A DNA stretch of 64,000 bases. It comes from Paramecium tetraurelia. Taxonomy: Eukaryota. Positions 25,413-38,042 of this stretch are shown here, one piece after another. Location: contig CT868667.1 in NCBI GenBank assembly GCA_000165425.1, positions 186,001 through 250,000 of the forward strand, read 5' to 3'. Below the pieces are notes generated by a model, which saw only the letters and a program-made list of their open reading frames with translations, was not told the DNA's origin and searched no databases. The stretch's first letter is position 1; each line of letters opens with the position of its first letter. Both the position numbers and the translations under genes were made by a program.

Positions 25413-27670
25413 ATGTCTAAAAAGCAAAATTCTTAGTCAACTCCAGAGATTCTACAATATAAAGTCCGACCACAAAACCATTATTAAATCGAGTAGTTGG
25501 TTTTAAATGACATGAAAAAAAAAATACTAAATGATGAGATGAATTCCATCTAATTCTATGATATTATACAGCCAGATATGGTATTCCTGATTCATATTTA
25601 GAATGAAATTGTGGCCACTAATCCAAAGGATCTAACGAAAAAGCCAATCAAATTGCATAAAAAAGTAAAACGCTCAGATTTAGAATCAAATCTCAGAAAC
25701 AAATTAATAAATGAACCTGGTGGTAAATTGTTACTCTAAGAAATGTAACTACTCTATTTATTCTAGTTATGAAATTTTGGATGAAGACGATATGACTCAA
25801 TAAGTAAAACCTGTACTTCACAAAGAAGAGTAATTCAAGGGAAATACATAGTATAAGTAAGAAAGTGATGATTTGATGGTGGCCAATTTGGACTAATGGT
25901 GGAAGTAAGTGAAAGTGAAGAAATAGTAAGAATTTGAGAAGAAGTAATTAGAGCTTGAGAAAGAAAGTATTTAGCAATTTTCTTAATGTAGAATAGGTAA
26001 TAGCCTAAATCTAAAAGGCAGTATCAATCTCATCACTGAGGAGAGGTGCTGTAGATAAAAGAACCAATACCACGATCTTGCCAGCCTTCCCCAAATTGAT
26101 GTAATCTCAATCATCTGATGATAAATCTCCAAAAACTGAAAGCTAAACTCTTTTTCAGGCTAAAATCAAAGGTTCTTTGGCCAAATTATCAAATTAAAAG
26201 AAGGCTGAATTGTTACATCAAGATATTGGTTTGGTCAAATAATTAGATAAGTATCATTAATAAGGATCGACCTTAACTTAATAAGAATTAATTAATATTG
26301 AATAGGCTAGGCAGAAGTAATCACATGAAGAGAAATAGACAGATACACTGATTTTTGATTACACTGTAGAGGGGCTCAAAAATAGTTTACATACAAGAAT
26401 CAAAATGAATTTAACCCATTTCCTAAATGCAAATGAGAGAGCTGTTTTTTATGAAAAATAGACCCAATCAATTTTACAATAGATAAATTCGAAATTAGAT
26501 AAATAAAAAAAGATTGTGGGTAAAAATGAACGTGATCTCGAAAATTTGAGGATGGAAAATCATGAGATCTACAATAGACTTAGGTCTATTGAAAATATAT
26601 AAAAACAATTAAAAGAAGAGCTGGGCAATGTTGGAAACAACAACAATAATTAAGTCTAAAAATCCAACAAATCATCAAATGTGGATTTTTATATGGCCTC
26701 AGTTGGAAAATAAAATGAAATAGACTCTTAATTAGAAACTATGAAAGATAGTTATAAGAAATACAAAATACAAATTTAACTCAATTTTAAATAAATAGAA
26801 AAATTAGAAGCTGAAAACTCTAAATTAAATAAAAATAATAAAGAATTATTAAAATCTATTTAAGGATTTCTTTAGGAATTGCTTAAAATTGGTCTCGATT
26901 GTAGAAAATAAGGATTAAGTTGGATTATTAAGGCTATTTGGGATACAAATGAAAAATTAAGGGATGAGAATTTTCCTTCTTATTTAGATTCTAAAGGAAG
27001 AGAATTCCTAATATTAAAAGCCAAAAAAATGGTTGAATTAAATGATTTATTTATTAGAGCTCATCAACTATTTGGAAGCTACCATGGAAGGTTAGAAACC
27101 TCATAAGATAATTTAAACAATTCGATATTATCCATTTTATCTAAAAATCATTTTTCGTAAATTGATTCCGAAGAAATTAAAAACAAGACATTAAGAGAAA
27201 GAAGAATGAAATCTAGTGGAGAGATCAATCTGTTACTTAAAGGATTAAATAGGGAAGAAAAGTAATGTGTCTAAGGAACTCTTACATCGATTTTTTAAAG
27301 TAAACAAACTTTAAATGACATAATTTACACTGAAGCACAAAAAAAGATTTAGAAAATGTTTAAGACTGAAACAAGCATGGCATTAGAGTAATCGTTTATA
27401 GCTGAAGATAAAGAGAGATTAATAAGAGAATATTAATAAATTTAACAAGATATTGAAGCGAAGGAGATTATGTTTAAGAAATTTGAAGATTTAGAACTGT
27501 AGAGGATTGTGAAAGAAATAGATTACAAAAAGTATTTACATAGGTAATATATATCATATAATTTGAGATTTTCTGTGGAACCCTTATAAGTATTATCTGC
27601 ATTATTTGGATACGTGAAGGCAGAAAGAGAATTGATTAAATAAGGTATGATGCATATATCTAATAATTGA
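25413..27670 (+). CDS. Hypothetical coiled-coil protein with a conserved-looking GLDCRKQGLSWIIKAIW block
   Basis: Open code-6 frame with 3 tiny introns. Confidence 0.7.
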
Positions 27671-27684
27671 GTTATTAAAATTGA

Positions 27685-30600
27685 TCATTTATTTATGGTT
27701 GTCTTCTTTTGACAAGGCATCATCTATATCTGTACATTTTTCTTTATAGAGATTTTTGATGCTTATTACTACTATTATTATTTCTGTAATTATTGTAAGG
27801 ATGTATTTGTAGGATCCTCTTCTTATTATGCATTTTCTACAATTTCATTTAGCTATTTGTAAATAGGAGGTTTCTGAGTTTTATTAAATCTTTTCAAAGT
27901 GGCTGTACTGCTACTTGAACTAGTTGGTTTTGCATTACCCCCAGTTGAGGGTTTGACTTCAATGTCATCTATTTTTTTTGTATTTTTTTTATAATTAGTA
28001 ATAGGATTTTATTCAACAACTCTCAGAATGCTCATAATATCTTTTTATTTTGAATCTTCAATAGTGGCTATCTCCATAAATATGGATAATGTATCACCTA
28101 ACCATCTTAAGATAAAGACTCCTCCTTTATGTTTTTTTTAGATGAGATTATCAACTTTAATTCCCTTTTTGAATTCTTGTTTAAGATTTTCTATCAACAT
28201 CTTTTCCTATTATATGTGTTTGGCCCTATCATTTTTGAGACTTGAAATTTTATTTTTTACTAAGAGTAGCCATCTATTTAAAAAGTGTTTTCCAAAATCA
28301 TGATTCAATTATTCATAAAACTAAAGGGCATTTTCAAAATTAATTTTGGCCTAGAGTAAACTTCGTTCTTAGAGTGAAATGTAACCACTAGCAGCTTCAC
28401 AACATGCCACACCTAAAGTACAACCCTTTTTAATGAACATCTCCTTGGCCTATTTAAATGCTTATTGTGATTTCTTAGGTTCCTTAAGCATATAGTACAC
28501 ACATGCTTTCGTTTTGATAATATTGGCAGTGAATAATAAATCTCCATAAAAATATTAATATGCCCAATTAATAAATTTAAGACATTCATTATATCTTCTT
28601 TGAAGTAATAAGATTTAACAATAATACAAGATTAGTTTCTGAATTTTATCTTTTTTATTTGGTTATTGAGCCGATGAAGTAGATTCTTCTTTGGCCTTGC
28701 CTGATTTGGCTCTGTCTCCCATTTTAGGAATGATTTATCTTTTAGATAAAGGTTGGTGTTGCTTCTCATCATCATCGTATTTTTACTTTTTCACATCTTA
28801 AGTAATAGGTTTAATTTGTTAATCTAGAAAAGTAACTCTCTGAGTTAAGGGATTGGGATTAGGAGAAGATTTAATAAATTTAGGATCGATTGCTTTCTGG
28901 ACTTAAGTTTAATCACTTTGAATAGCTTAAGGTATTTGAGATTATTAAAATATTTATTGGTTTTAGGATTCTTAAGGATTGCTAGAGTCATCTATTAGAT
29001 CAGGTTTAACATTGTTGGAGTTGATCTTAAAGAGTTTTGATTCAACATAATTGATGCTCATTCCATTATCCGAATAATCCTTATTAGATTATAATTCATC
29101 CTCTTCACTAATTGTAACACCAACTTTGGCAATGGAAAAAGATTTTCTTTTTGGACCATTAGTCATATAATCATCAGAGATTTAATCATATTTAAAGCTG
29201 GATATAACAGAACCAGTGAAACCAACTTTGGAACTTAGATGGGATTTTTGACTATTGTTTTCGTATTTCTTTTGCATCATTTCCAAGTTTTCTTTGGTTA
29301 AAGGGAGATTGAATGTTTCATCATCGTTTTCATCGTCTTTTTTTTCTTATTTTAAAGGTTCAATCTCAAATTAACCATTAGATATGACCTCGAATTCTCT
29401 GAAGATAGCATTCTTTATATTTTATTCAATTGCCAAGAATTCATCATTTGGTTGGTTGTTAATGTCGTGTGCTTATGTACCTATTTAATTATAATACGTA
29501 TATGACTTTTTTAGTAACAATTTAACAATATTATGATGATAAATCCTTTTCCATTTTTAGTCCAATTTACTTTCTGCAAATTTAACCGTGAAATTATATA
29601 AACAATAATGAGTTTTGGTATTTTTCTTTGCTTGCAATAACAACGAGCTCTTAATCAATTGAGTTGCCAACTTTTCCCATCCTGGACCCCAAACATCGTT
29701 TAATTCATCATTATAAATTCCACAAGGTAATAATCCTAACATACCAAAAAAGATTGCTGCCTTCTCATATCTTTCCACTAAGTTAGCCCAACTTAAATTC
29801 AATGCCACTCTCAATGATCTTCTTTCCTCTTCAGTCACTCTACTTGAAATAGGTAAGTCCATCAACTATTTATATGATAATTATTAGTATAATTCTTTTA
29901 GAGTATAATTCTCCAATAGTCCTGAAGATAAGATTATACCTTGAGGATGGCCGTCTAAAATTTGAAACAAAGCATGATTGGAGAATTTCGAGATCAATAA
30001 TTTATCATTCAAAGTATATTTATTTAGTAGATCATTGCAACCTAACAATTCTTCGACTTCCTAAATAGTAATTTCTCGAGAGGATGAATTAATGAATAAT
30101 TAAGCACTTTCTTCTTGAGGCAATCCTTCAATCTTGATTACTCTTCCTTATTAAAGAATTTCACTTCTATTTGTGATACATAAATGACATTTACAATTTG
30201 CCAAAATTAATTCAAGAAAATCCACAAATACATCCCGATCGTTAGAATGCATAATTAGATCACAATTATCAAGGATGAGAAGGAATTCCTAATTTTTAAT
30301 TGTTTAAATGATTTAAGTAACCATCAATTATTTAATTTCATAATTACTCTACAATGCTAAATTTGGCATGAAGATTTAAGCGAATCTACTAGCTACACTA
30401 TCAAAACTATCACATTAATTTAGTTAGATGTAAACAACTCCATTTTTGAAAATATTCCTTTATGCTATATAAATACTAATTTCCTTAATTAAAGCACTTT
30501 TACCGATTCCTAAAACTCCTTTGATATTAATAAGTTGATTTTAAATGATTTTATCAATGACTTCTTACATCTGTTAAGATCTTCCAGTGAAATTGGATAC

Positions 30601-31842
30601 AAGAGAAGGGAGATTATTTTAGTTCTATTGAGGAGTGAGATCCTTAAACTCCCCTTCTCTCAATAACCATGTAGAACATTGATGATGTTACTTTGTAAGC
30701 AAAAGGAATTTATTTTCCTCAGCAAAAGGGAATCTCCCTTCAACTTTGACTTAGGTTTTGGCAGCTAGAAAGGCTTAACACACGGTCTATTGTCCTTTGA
30801 TTAAGCCATGATAGAATGACCTCGCAAAGACACAGCAGGCTTCATCCATTATTTGTTCCTTTGTATGTACACAAATAACATGTTCAGCTCCTGCCTAATG
30901 GAAGACTTCGCCTATGAGTTTGGAATGACAGCTGGCTACAAATACAAAGAGGATTGGAGATTTGAGTTTTTGGAGGCACAAGAGGATTTGATTTGCTGAA
31001 ACTAATTGCGCTACTCCATGCAATTACTCAAATAAGAGGTAGGACTATTGATTTGATTCCATGTAGATTCCATGTCCTGCGTAATGCAATGCTTTTGGGT
31101 TCAGATCGAGGGCTTCTCCAAATCTATCCATTCTTGCTGGAGTTGACATAAATTTGATTTCTGCTTTGACATCTATAAATACTTCTTTGATTGAATTCAA
31201 CTCCTTGTTTATTTCCAATTTCTACAACACTTTCTTGGTGGAATTATTGGTGATTTGTAGGAGTGGTTGGGAGTACAAAAATAAAAAATCAATCTAAGTT
31301 TGTTTTGTGGGAGAGAGGGAAGATTTCAAGGGAATCAGAGACATGAGGAAAGTTCGTAAAGGGTCACTGGATGTGGTATCTGTAATGGTAGTCATGGTGT
31401 CAGAAGAACATTCTGATGTTTTCGGTTTGAGTAATTATTCAAAATCATACTCCAATGCACTTTCGAATTCTTCCTTGAGGTTTGGACTGAATTTGTCTAT
31501 CATTTAATAGGTTTTAGAGAACAACTATTTTTAAACGTTGTTGGGCTTTGTTTATGAATCGATTGTAATATTTGATACAACTTCCTGTTCAATGAATTAA
31601 TCCAAATCTGGCAATGGTTCATCGAAGAACAGGTCGTTCACAAAATCATTTGGCTTCGGTGTTATGTAATCTATGTCTTATTAGCTTTTGCTGATTTGTG
31701 GAATATCAACTTTGTTGTGTGAAATCATAGTCGTATTATTTCTTTTAGGTTCTTATTGCTATATAACAAAATTTCCAATTTTAATTTCCCCCTAATCCTT
31801 CATCAAATTTTGGAGGATTTTCATCAATGCTTCTTAGTCCAT
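27685..31842 (-). CDS. NLR-like protein: CHAT (caspase-like) protease + STAND/NB-ARC NTPase + TPR repeats
   Basis: Intronless 1385 aa. CHAT: LHYAGHG and FVFVASCHS. NTPase: FTGRSQQM, Walker A GVLGIGKS, Walker B LLILDNCD, ITNR, GHPQG, ALNLSW. TPR-like helices ~28260-28640. Confidence 0.88.
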
Positions 31843-31888
31843 TTAATAGTAAATATAAATAAAAAAAAAAAAGATTTAATTTCCATCT

Positions 31889-32943
31889 ATGGTTCGACTA
31901 GAGAAACTCGTCTAGTGAACAATTAGTCAACATACGTGCCCTCAATAGACAAAGAATAATTGGGTCTCCCAGGAAATGGTACTCAGAACCACGAACACCT
32001 GCCATGACCCTATCTGCAATGAAATTATTCACCTAAGGATGGACTGGTCTCATCTACAAGATGGTTGAGCCCTTATTTGCTAGGTATTCAACGATCGCTT
32101 CATCTCAAAGATTCCTCTACCGATGGATGAGAAACATTGGCTTGGATCGAGGATTGGCATTAGAAGATTTAGTCCTATTTTAGGATAGAGAATTAAGAAG
32201 AGATCCCCTCTTCGAACATATCCAAAGAGAAGGATTCCATCCCTACACTTGGATTCTCTTCAATAAAAGAAGAGCAAGATTCTCAAAAGTTGAAAGAGGT
32301 GTCAGAGGATCAACAGCTCCAGAATGGTTATAAGCAGAAGCAAGAGAGCGAATATTGGCTGATAGCGTTTAAAACATATACGAATGGGATAATTATGTCT
32401 ACCAAAATTACATGAGCGATATGACACCTACTGCAAGAGGAACCATCCTTTAAAAGCTATTGCCTCTTGAATGGTTCCTCTTTTTCGGTCTCCTCAGAGT
32501 CGACTCTTGGGACAGATACTTTTATAACGAAGTTATGTACAAGGGTCTTGAATACTCAAAAGAAGAATTGGCCAACATTCCAAAACCATTCAAAGCTCAA
32601 TTAAGTAAGCAATCTTCCAATCCCTTTAGCTACTGAAGAAGGCAGAAGACAATTTGAAATCAATGTCAATAGATTCATCGACCTCTATCCTGGATCAATC
32701 GTTAAAGAAGGGTAATTATTAAATTCAATAGTTTTTAGTGAAAAATTTGACTTCCAACGATTCTATGCTCTTGAAGCCATCAATAATAATAGAGACTTGA
32801 GCAAATTCGATTCTTCCTTGGTTTCTCAACTCAAATCTGAACTTACACAATAAGTTGAAAAGAAATCAGCAACCAAGGTCAAGAAAGTTAAACCATCATT
32901 CCCTAATTGGTTACATTCTGAAGGGAAAGGACTCTTAGCATGA
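31889..32943 (+). CDS. UQCRTT1: Ciliate-specific cytochrome bc1 (complex III) subunit homologue; +1 frameshift at codon 9-10 as assembled
   Basis: MVRLEKLV/EQLVNI...QRIIGSPRKWY, DRELRR, KRRARFSKVERGVRG, YMSDMTP, WDRYFYNE, KFDFQRFYALE match my recollection of Tetrahymena UQCRTT1; 3 introns. Confidence 0.78.
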
Positions 32944-33014
32944 TAATAATGCATTACATTAAATATATAATATATTATTATTTAACCAATTCATTTAAGT
33001 CATTATTAAATCAT

Positions 33015-34232
33015 ATGAATCAACTGATTACCATTCACATTGGAGGAGCAGGATCTAACATTGGATCAAAACTATGGTATAATTTATCGTAACATCGTTA
33101 AGAAGATCTCTCCTCAATTTTTTAAGAAAATTCTCACTAATCCTATAAACCTCGATCTATTTTTGTGAATACCATAGACGATTAAGTCCCAAAATATGAT
33201 GAACCTCAATTCTCTCCTAATCAGTTCTTTTATACCAAAGAAGATACTGGAAATATATATACTGTGGGTCATTATTGTGTAGCAAAAGATTTAATTCCAA
33301 AAATATAGGACGAAATTAGAAGATAAGTAGAAAATTGCGATCATTTTTCTGGATTTCTATTTACTCATTCCATAAGTGGAGGCTTTGGCTCTGGATATAC
33401 TACTCTTCTTTCAAGTTTATTAAAGAATGAATACTAAAAGTCCATGAGCTTCAGTTTTTGTTTGATGCCATCTCCAAATTATAGAAACAACGTTATTGAA
33501 TCTTATAATTCCATAATGAGTTTGAATTCTATGGTTGAAGCATTTGATGGTGTAATATTATTACAAAATGAAGCTATCTATTAGATTATTGAAAACCAAT
33601 TAGATATTGAGTTTCCTTCATATAATGAAGTTAATTAGGTTATTACTCAGCCAATAATTTCTTTATTAAAATTCAATTAACAGTAGTCATTGCAAATGCT
33701 TAAATTGAATTTATGGAATAAAAATAAATTAAATATTTGGTCATGTTCCTTTGGACCACTAATCAATTATGATTAAAAGCACTTCTCTAAAAAAATCACT
33801 TCAAACTCTCTAAAAGATATTATATCTCAAAATTCATACATTTGTAATAAAAGTAAGCCAAACTATAAGTAAGCTTTTCTGTATGCAGAATAAATAAATT
33901 AGACTTTATTGTCGAAAACTTTATCTGAACTAGTAGAAAATAAATAGTACTCAATTTATTAGTAAGGATAAGAAGGATAGATAAAATAATTTAAAGAACC
34001 GTTTTAGTAGATCAATAGTTAGAAAGAGAATTTGGTCTTTATACATAAAAGCACAGGAATAGCAGAACAACTAAATTAATTACATAAGAATGCTTAAATT
34101 CTCTATTAGAAAAGGGCGTTCATGCATTGGTATGTTGGGATAGGAATAGAAGATCAAAGTATTAGATGGGAGTTTTCTTCGTTTGAAGAAATGTAAAATA
34201 ACTATGCAATTGATGTTAGTAATAATGAATGA
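33015..34232 (+). CDS. Highly divergent alpha-like tubulin (possibly the Paramecium iota/kappa class)
   Basis: LITIHIGGAGSNIG, KEDTGNIYTVGHY, HSISGGFGSG, QNEAIY, KRAFMHWYVG; 405 aa, intronless. Confidence 0.9.
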
Positions 34233-34266
34233 AGATAAAGGGATATTGATATATTTATATATTAAA

Positions 34267-36737
34267 TCAAGAAAACCTCTCTAGCCTTTTGATTTTAGTC
34301 TTGATTGTTTTTCTTCTCCTATTGAGTTGTTTAATAATGTTTTCATAATTGTACTACTTGAAGTATTTAGTAAAAGTTTTCATAACATCAAGATTGTACA
34401 ATTTATCCCTTGAGTTTGGAGTGCAATTATTGTTATGAGGAGTATCCACTTCTTCAATTTTCTAAAGATTGATTTGCATGGCATCTTGTGTCTTCTTTCT
34501 TAAAAATCCAAGAATAGTCTATCGTTTATTGGGGGTTTGTCTTTTTTATAAGGTGACTTTTGGTTTGAATTGATTTTCATCATTATTATTAGTAATCTTT
34601 TGTTCATCCATTTAGGATTCATCAAATTACCAAGATTGGGAGGATTAGAGTTCTAAGCTTTCAGGTTCTTCTTCTGCATCATCTGAATCAAAGATGGTCT
34701 TATATTTGATTTTCATGAGATCCCTTCTATCATTGATGAATTGACAGGTTTCTATTTGCATTTCTTTGTAGTTCCTCAAGATTTATTGTTTGACAAAGAA
34801 ACGCTTATGTTTCTATCTGTCTTAAACAGTTTATCTATTGGACTTAGCAATAGCAATAGCTCTATTAGGCTTATAGATAATATCTTAACAAATGAGATGA
34901 CCTTCACGTCTACAAAGTGGACAAAATAGATAGAGATTTGAATAATTTTCATAAATTACTTAATCATGAATCATACAAAAGATTTCTTTATCATTGTTCT
35001 TCAAGACTTATTTGAATATCTAAGTTGGTATGAAATAGAAGATTGAGAAATCCGAGGTTTTGAGAAAATATTTTGGTTAATCTGCGTTAAATAAGTTTAG
35101 GAGTCCATAATGATCTCCTTAGAATATATTACATATGCATTTAGGATTGGTTTTGGATCCCCAGCAGACTTCTGCTTATCCTTTATACAGTAAATATACT
35201 CCATCCTAAGGGTTAATAAATTCACCAGGTTAGAAGTACACTTCCTGAATGTGCTACATCAATTCCTTAATGCATTCTATATTAAAATTGTTGACTAAGA
35301 ATGGTAGTTTGAGTAACATTTGTCCCTTATCCTGCAAATTGATTTCTTATTATAGAGGCAGACTGAGTTTAGAGAATACCCTTTCTTCATTTTGTTTCTA
35401 CTCACCCAAACCCCACTTCCACAGAGATTTCAAATATTATTACACTCTCCTTTACAGATCTGTATCGCAACCTTTTTTTACTAAGTAATTCTATATAATT
35501 CTGGCCTCTTAATTAAACTAGCTCTTATTCTAATCGATATCTTTGAGAACTGTGGTGATTGTGTTAAGAGTGTATGCGAAAATGGCACTGGAAAGCAGTA
35601 CAATCATGATACAAGCCATCAATTCATTTTCATTAACTGGAACTATATCCCCATAACCGACAGTAGTCATTGTAAGGATGGCAAAATAAAATGCCCATAG
35701 ATATTGGATATACCATTGATCTTCTTTTAAATTATTATTACTTATCCAACTGGGTTCTTTATCGCCTGCAACTATCCATAAACATGCCTATAATTTGATT
35801 ATATTAGTTTACTATGATATGGGCCAATAGGAATATGGTCACAAAGAGAGTAATCAATTTGATGTGATTGTTGTATTTGTTTTATGGATCTAATTCATAT
35901 CTCAAGAATTTGATGAACTTCTTGATTTCAGATATCTTGAAAAAATAGATGTATTTGATGTAGAGTATGTCCTGAAAGAGAAACAATGAAAATCCAACTA
36001 TTCCCAAGGCATCCAAAAAGAATCCACTCTTCAAATATTACAATGCCAAATATTAGTGTTATTTTATCAATTATCCATTCTTGTAAATTTGAACATTAAA
36101 TCTTAATACTATATCAAATAACTTGGTTAATATTTATATATACATACTAGAAATAACCATTCCATTAGAAAAATTTATTATTATTGGACTATCATTGATT
36201 CTAATTTCACACCAAAAGCATCTATTAAGGGAAATAAAATGAAGATGTGAATCATGAAAAATAATTTGAACATATTCCAAACAATAATGAAGGGGTGACT
36301 TGGTTTTATTGACCATTCTTGATTTTTGTTATGTTTCTCAAGAAATCTAAGTACTAATCCTCTGAGCTTACCCATCTGAGACTTTGATTCATAATAAATT
36401 GATTCAAACTGGGTTTCCTGCTTTTTAACTTGTTTGCTAGCAGTGCCTTTGGAATGTCCAGACCCAAAGTCATCGATGACATTCAATTGCTTTTCTGTCA
36501 AGGTGTGAAACTGTTTGACCTACCACTACTAACCAATTTTACTTGTGTCGATTATCTCATCCTATTTATACACTTCATCAGCACCTCTCTCTTCTCAGCC
36601 TTGTTTCTAATGGTCTACAACATGAATGCACTCTTCCAATCGGCATCCAATTTACGCCGTTTCTCCACCAAAGTAGCTCTTGAATTGTCAGGGGAATATA
36701 TGTTTATTAAATTTTCAGAAGCATTCATAATACTCAT
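34267..36737 (-). CDS. Voltage-gated K+ channel with cyclic-nucleotide-binding domain (EAG/CNBD family)
   Basis: Pore TMTTVGYGDI, S1-S6 helices, C-linker and CNBD (YGLLNLFNAD). Confidence 0.93.
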
Positions 36738-36904
36738 GTGTCGACAAAATTACTTGTTTAAATAACACTTTAAAAATAATAAAGAAACACTAATTAAATT
36801 TGAAAATTGATTAAAGCAATTTCCTATTTACTAAAATCAACATATCTTTTATATTGTATAATTAATTCAATAGCTCTACTTTTATATAATATAATTATTT
36901 TATA

Positions 36905-37842
36905 ATGAAGTATCAAATTTCATCCTTTCTAATTTTGCTCCTCATCGCCCCTTCTTATTCTTCGTGTCTAAAGGCTCTCTCCTGTTAAAATGAATAATCA
37001 TATGAATATTAACAATTTGCTGTTCTTCAAATGATGAAATGCTACTATCAGATGCACAATAAATCGCTTCATCAAAATGTGGAATCCTTGAGTGATCATG
37101 ATTGGTATGTCCGCAACCCCTATCTAGGATGATATTCACCATGTTTTCGAACCAATTCAGCCTGCTCTGCAACTATCATAGCATCCTCAATGATATCAAT
37201 TAGATCACCAACTCCATCAATGGCATCAAATAGCAATAAGAATATGATGAGTAACTTGTCTAACAGTTGACTCATAACTTTAAAAAGATGAGTCAATACA
37301 GTATTAATTTTACTTCGGCAATTGAAGTGTTTCAGAACACACTAAAAAATGAGAAGGTATATAATTTAAACTATTATTTTTAGGTTAGATTAGATAAATA
37401 CAATAATATTTCTAACCATTTATCATTTATTTAAAATCAAACACAACTTAATCAGACCACTTCATTCAGTAATCTCAATTATTTATTGCAATTAACCAAC
37501 AGTCTCCAACTGATATCTGATAATCAAATGCAGGACTCTATTAAGTTTTACTTAATTTCCTCCTTTGCCCTTTACTTAATTACGAGAAGAAGCCCTTTGA
37601 AGGAGAAGCAACAGATTATCTTAGCGCAAGTAAGTATTTTACTTCTTGTTGAATGCCTCATATCTGTGGTGTTGACTCAACTCTTAGTTAAATATGTTAG
37701 GTTATTATTAAGTCTATATAGATTTGGTGCAATGCTGTTTATCCAATATTCGATAATCAAAGCATTGTTATATAGTTCATAAAGTGAAAATGAAATAAGT
37801 GTAGTCATCAATTAAATCAAGAACAAATATAGAGTGGAATGA
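36905..37842 (+). CDS. Probable GEX1/KAR5/Brambleberry-family nuclear envelope fusion protein
   Basis: Signal peptide, Cys-rich domain (C..C...AVLQMMKCY...LSDHDWMIFTMFSNQFSLLC), coiled-coil, 3 C-terminal TM helices. Confidence 0.62.
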
Positions 37843-38042
37843 ATGGGATAATTTAAATGATTGAGAATTGAACTTCAAATAAATATTTCCATCTAGATAT
37901 AGATTTACATTCTCACTAACGTCAGGAGGGAAATTATTAAAATTTTATAATATAATAAAATTTGACTGAAATTGGACTGAAAAATTAGCTCAAATCCTCG
38001 CTATATAAAAAAGTTCCAGACAACAAAAAAATTAATATATAA

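Noticed and set aside
25413..27670. Neighbouring gene as the gasdermin-like substrate of the CHAT protease
   Set aside because: It is a coiled-coil protein with no pore-forming signature, and eukaryotic adjacency alone is not evidence
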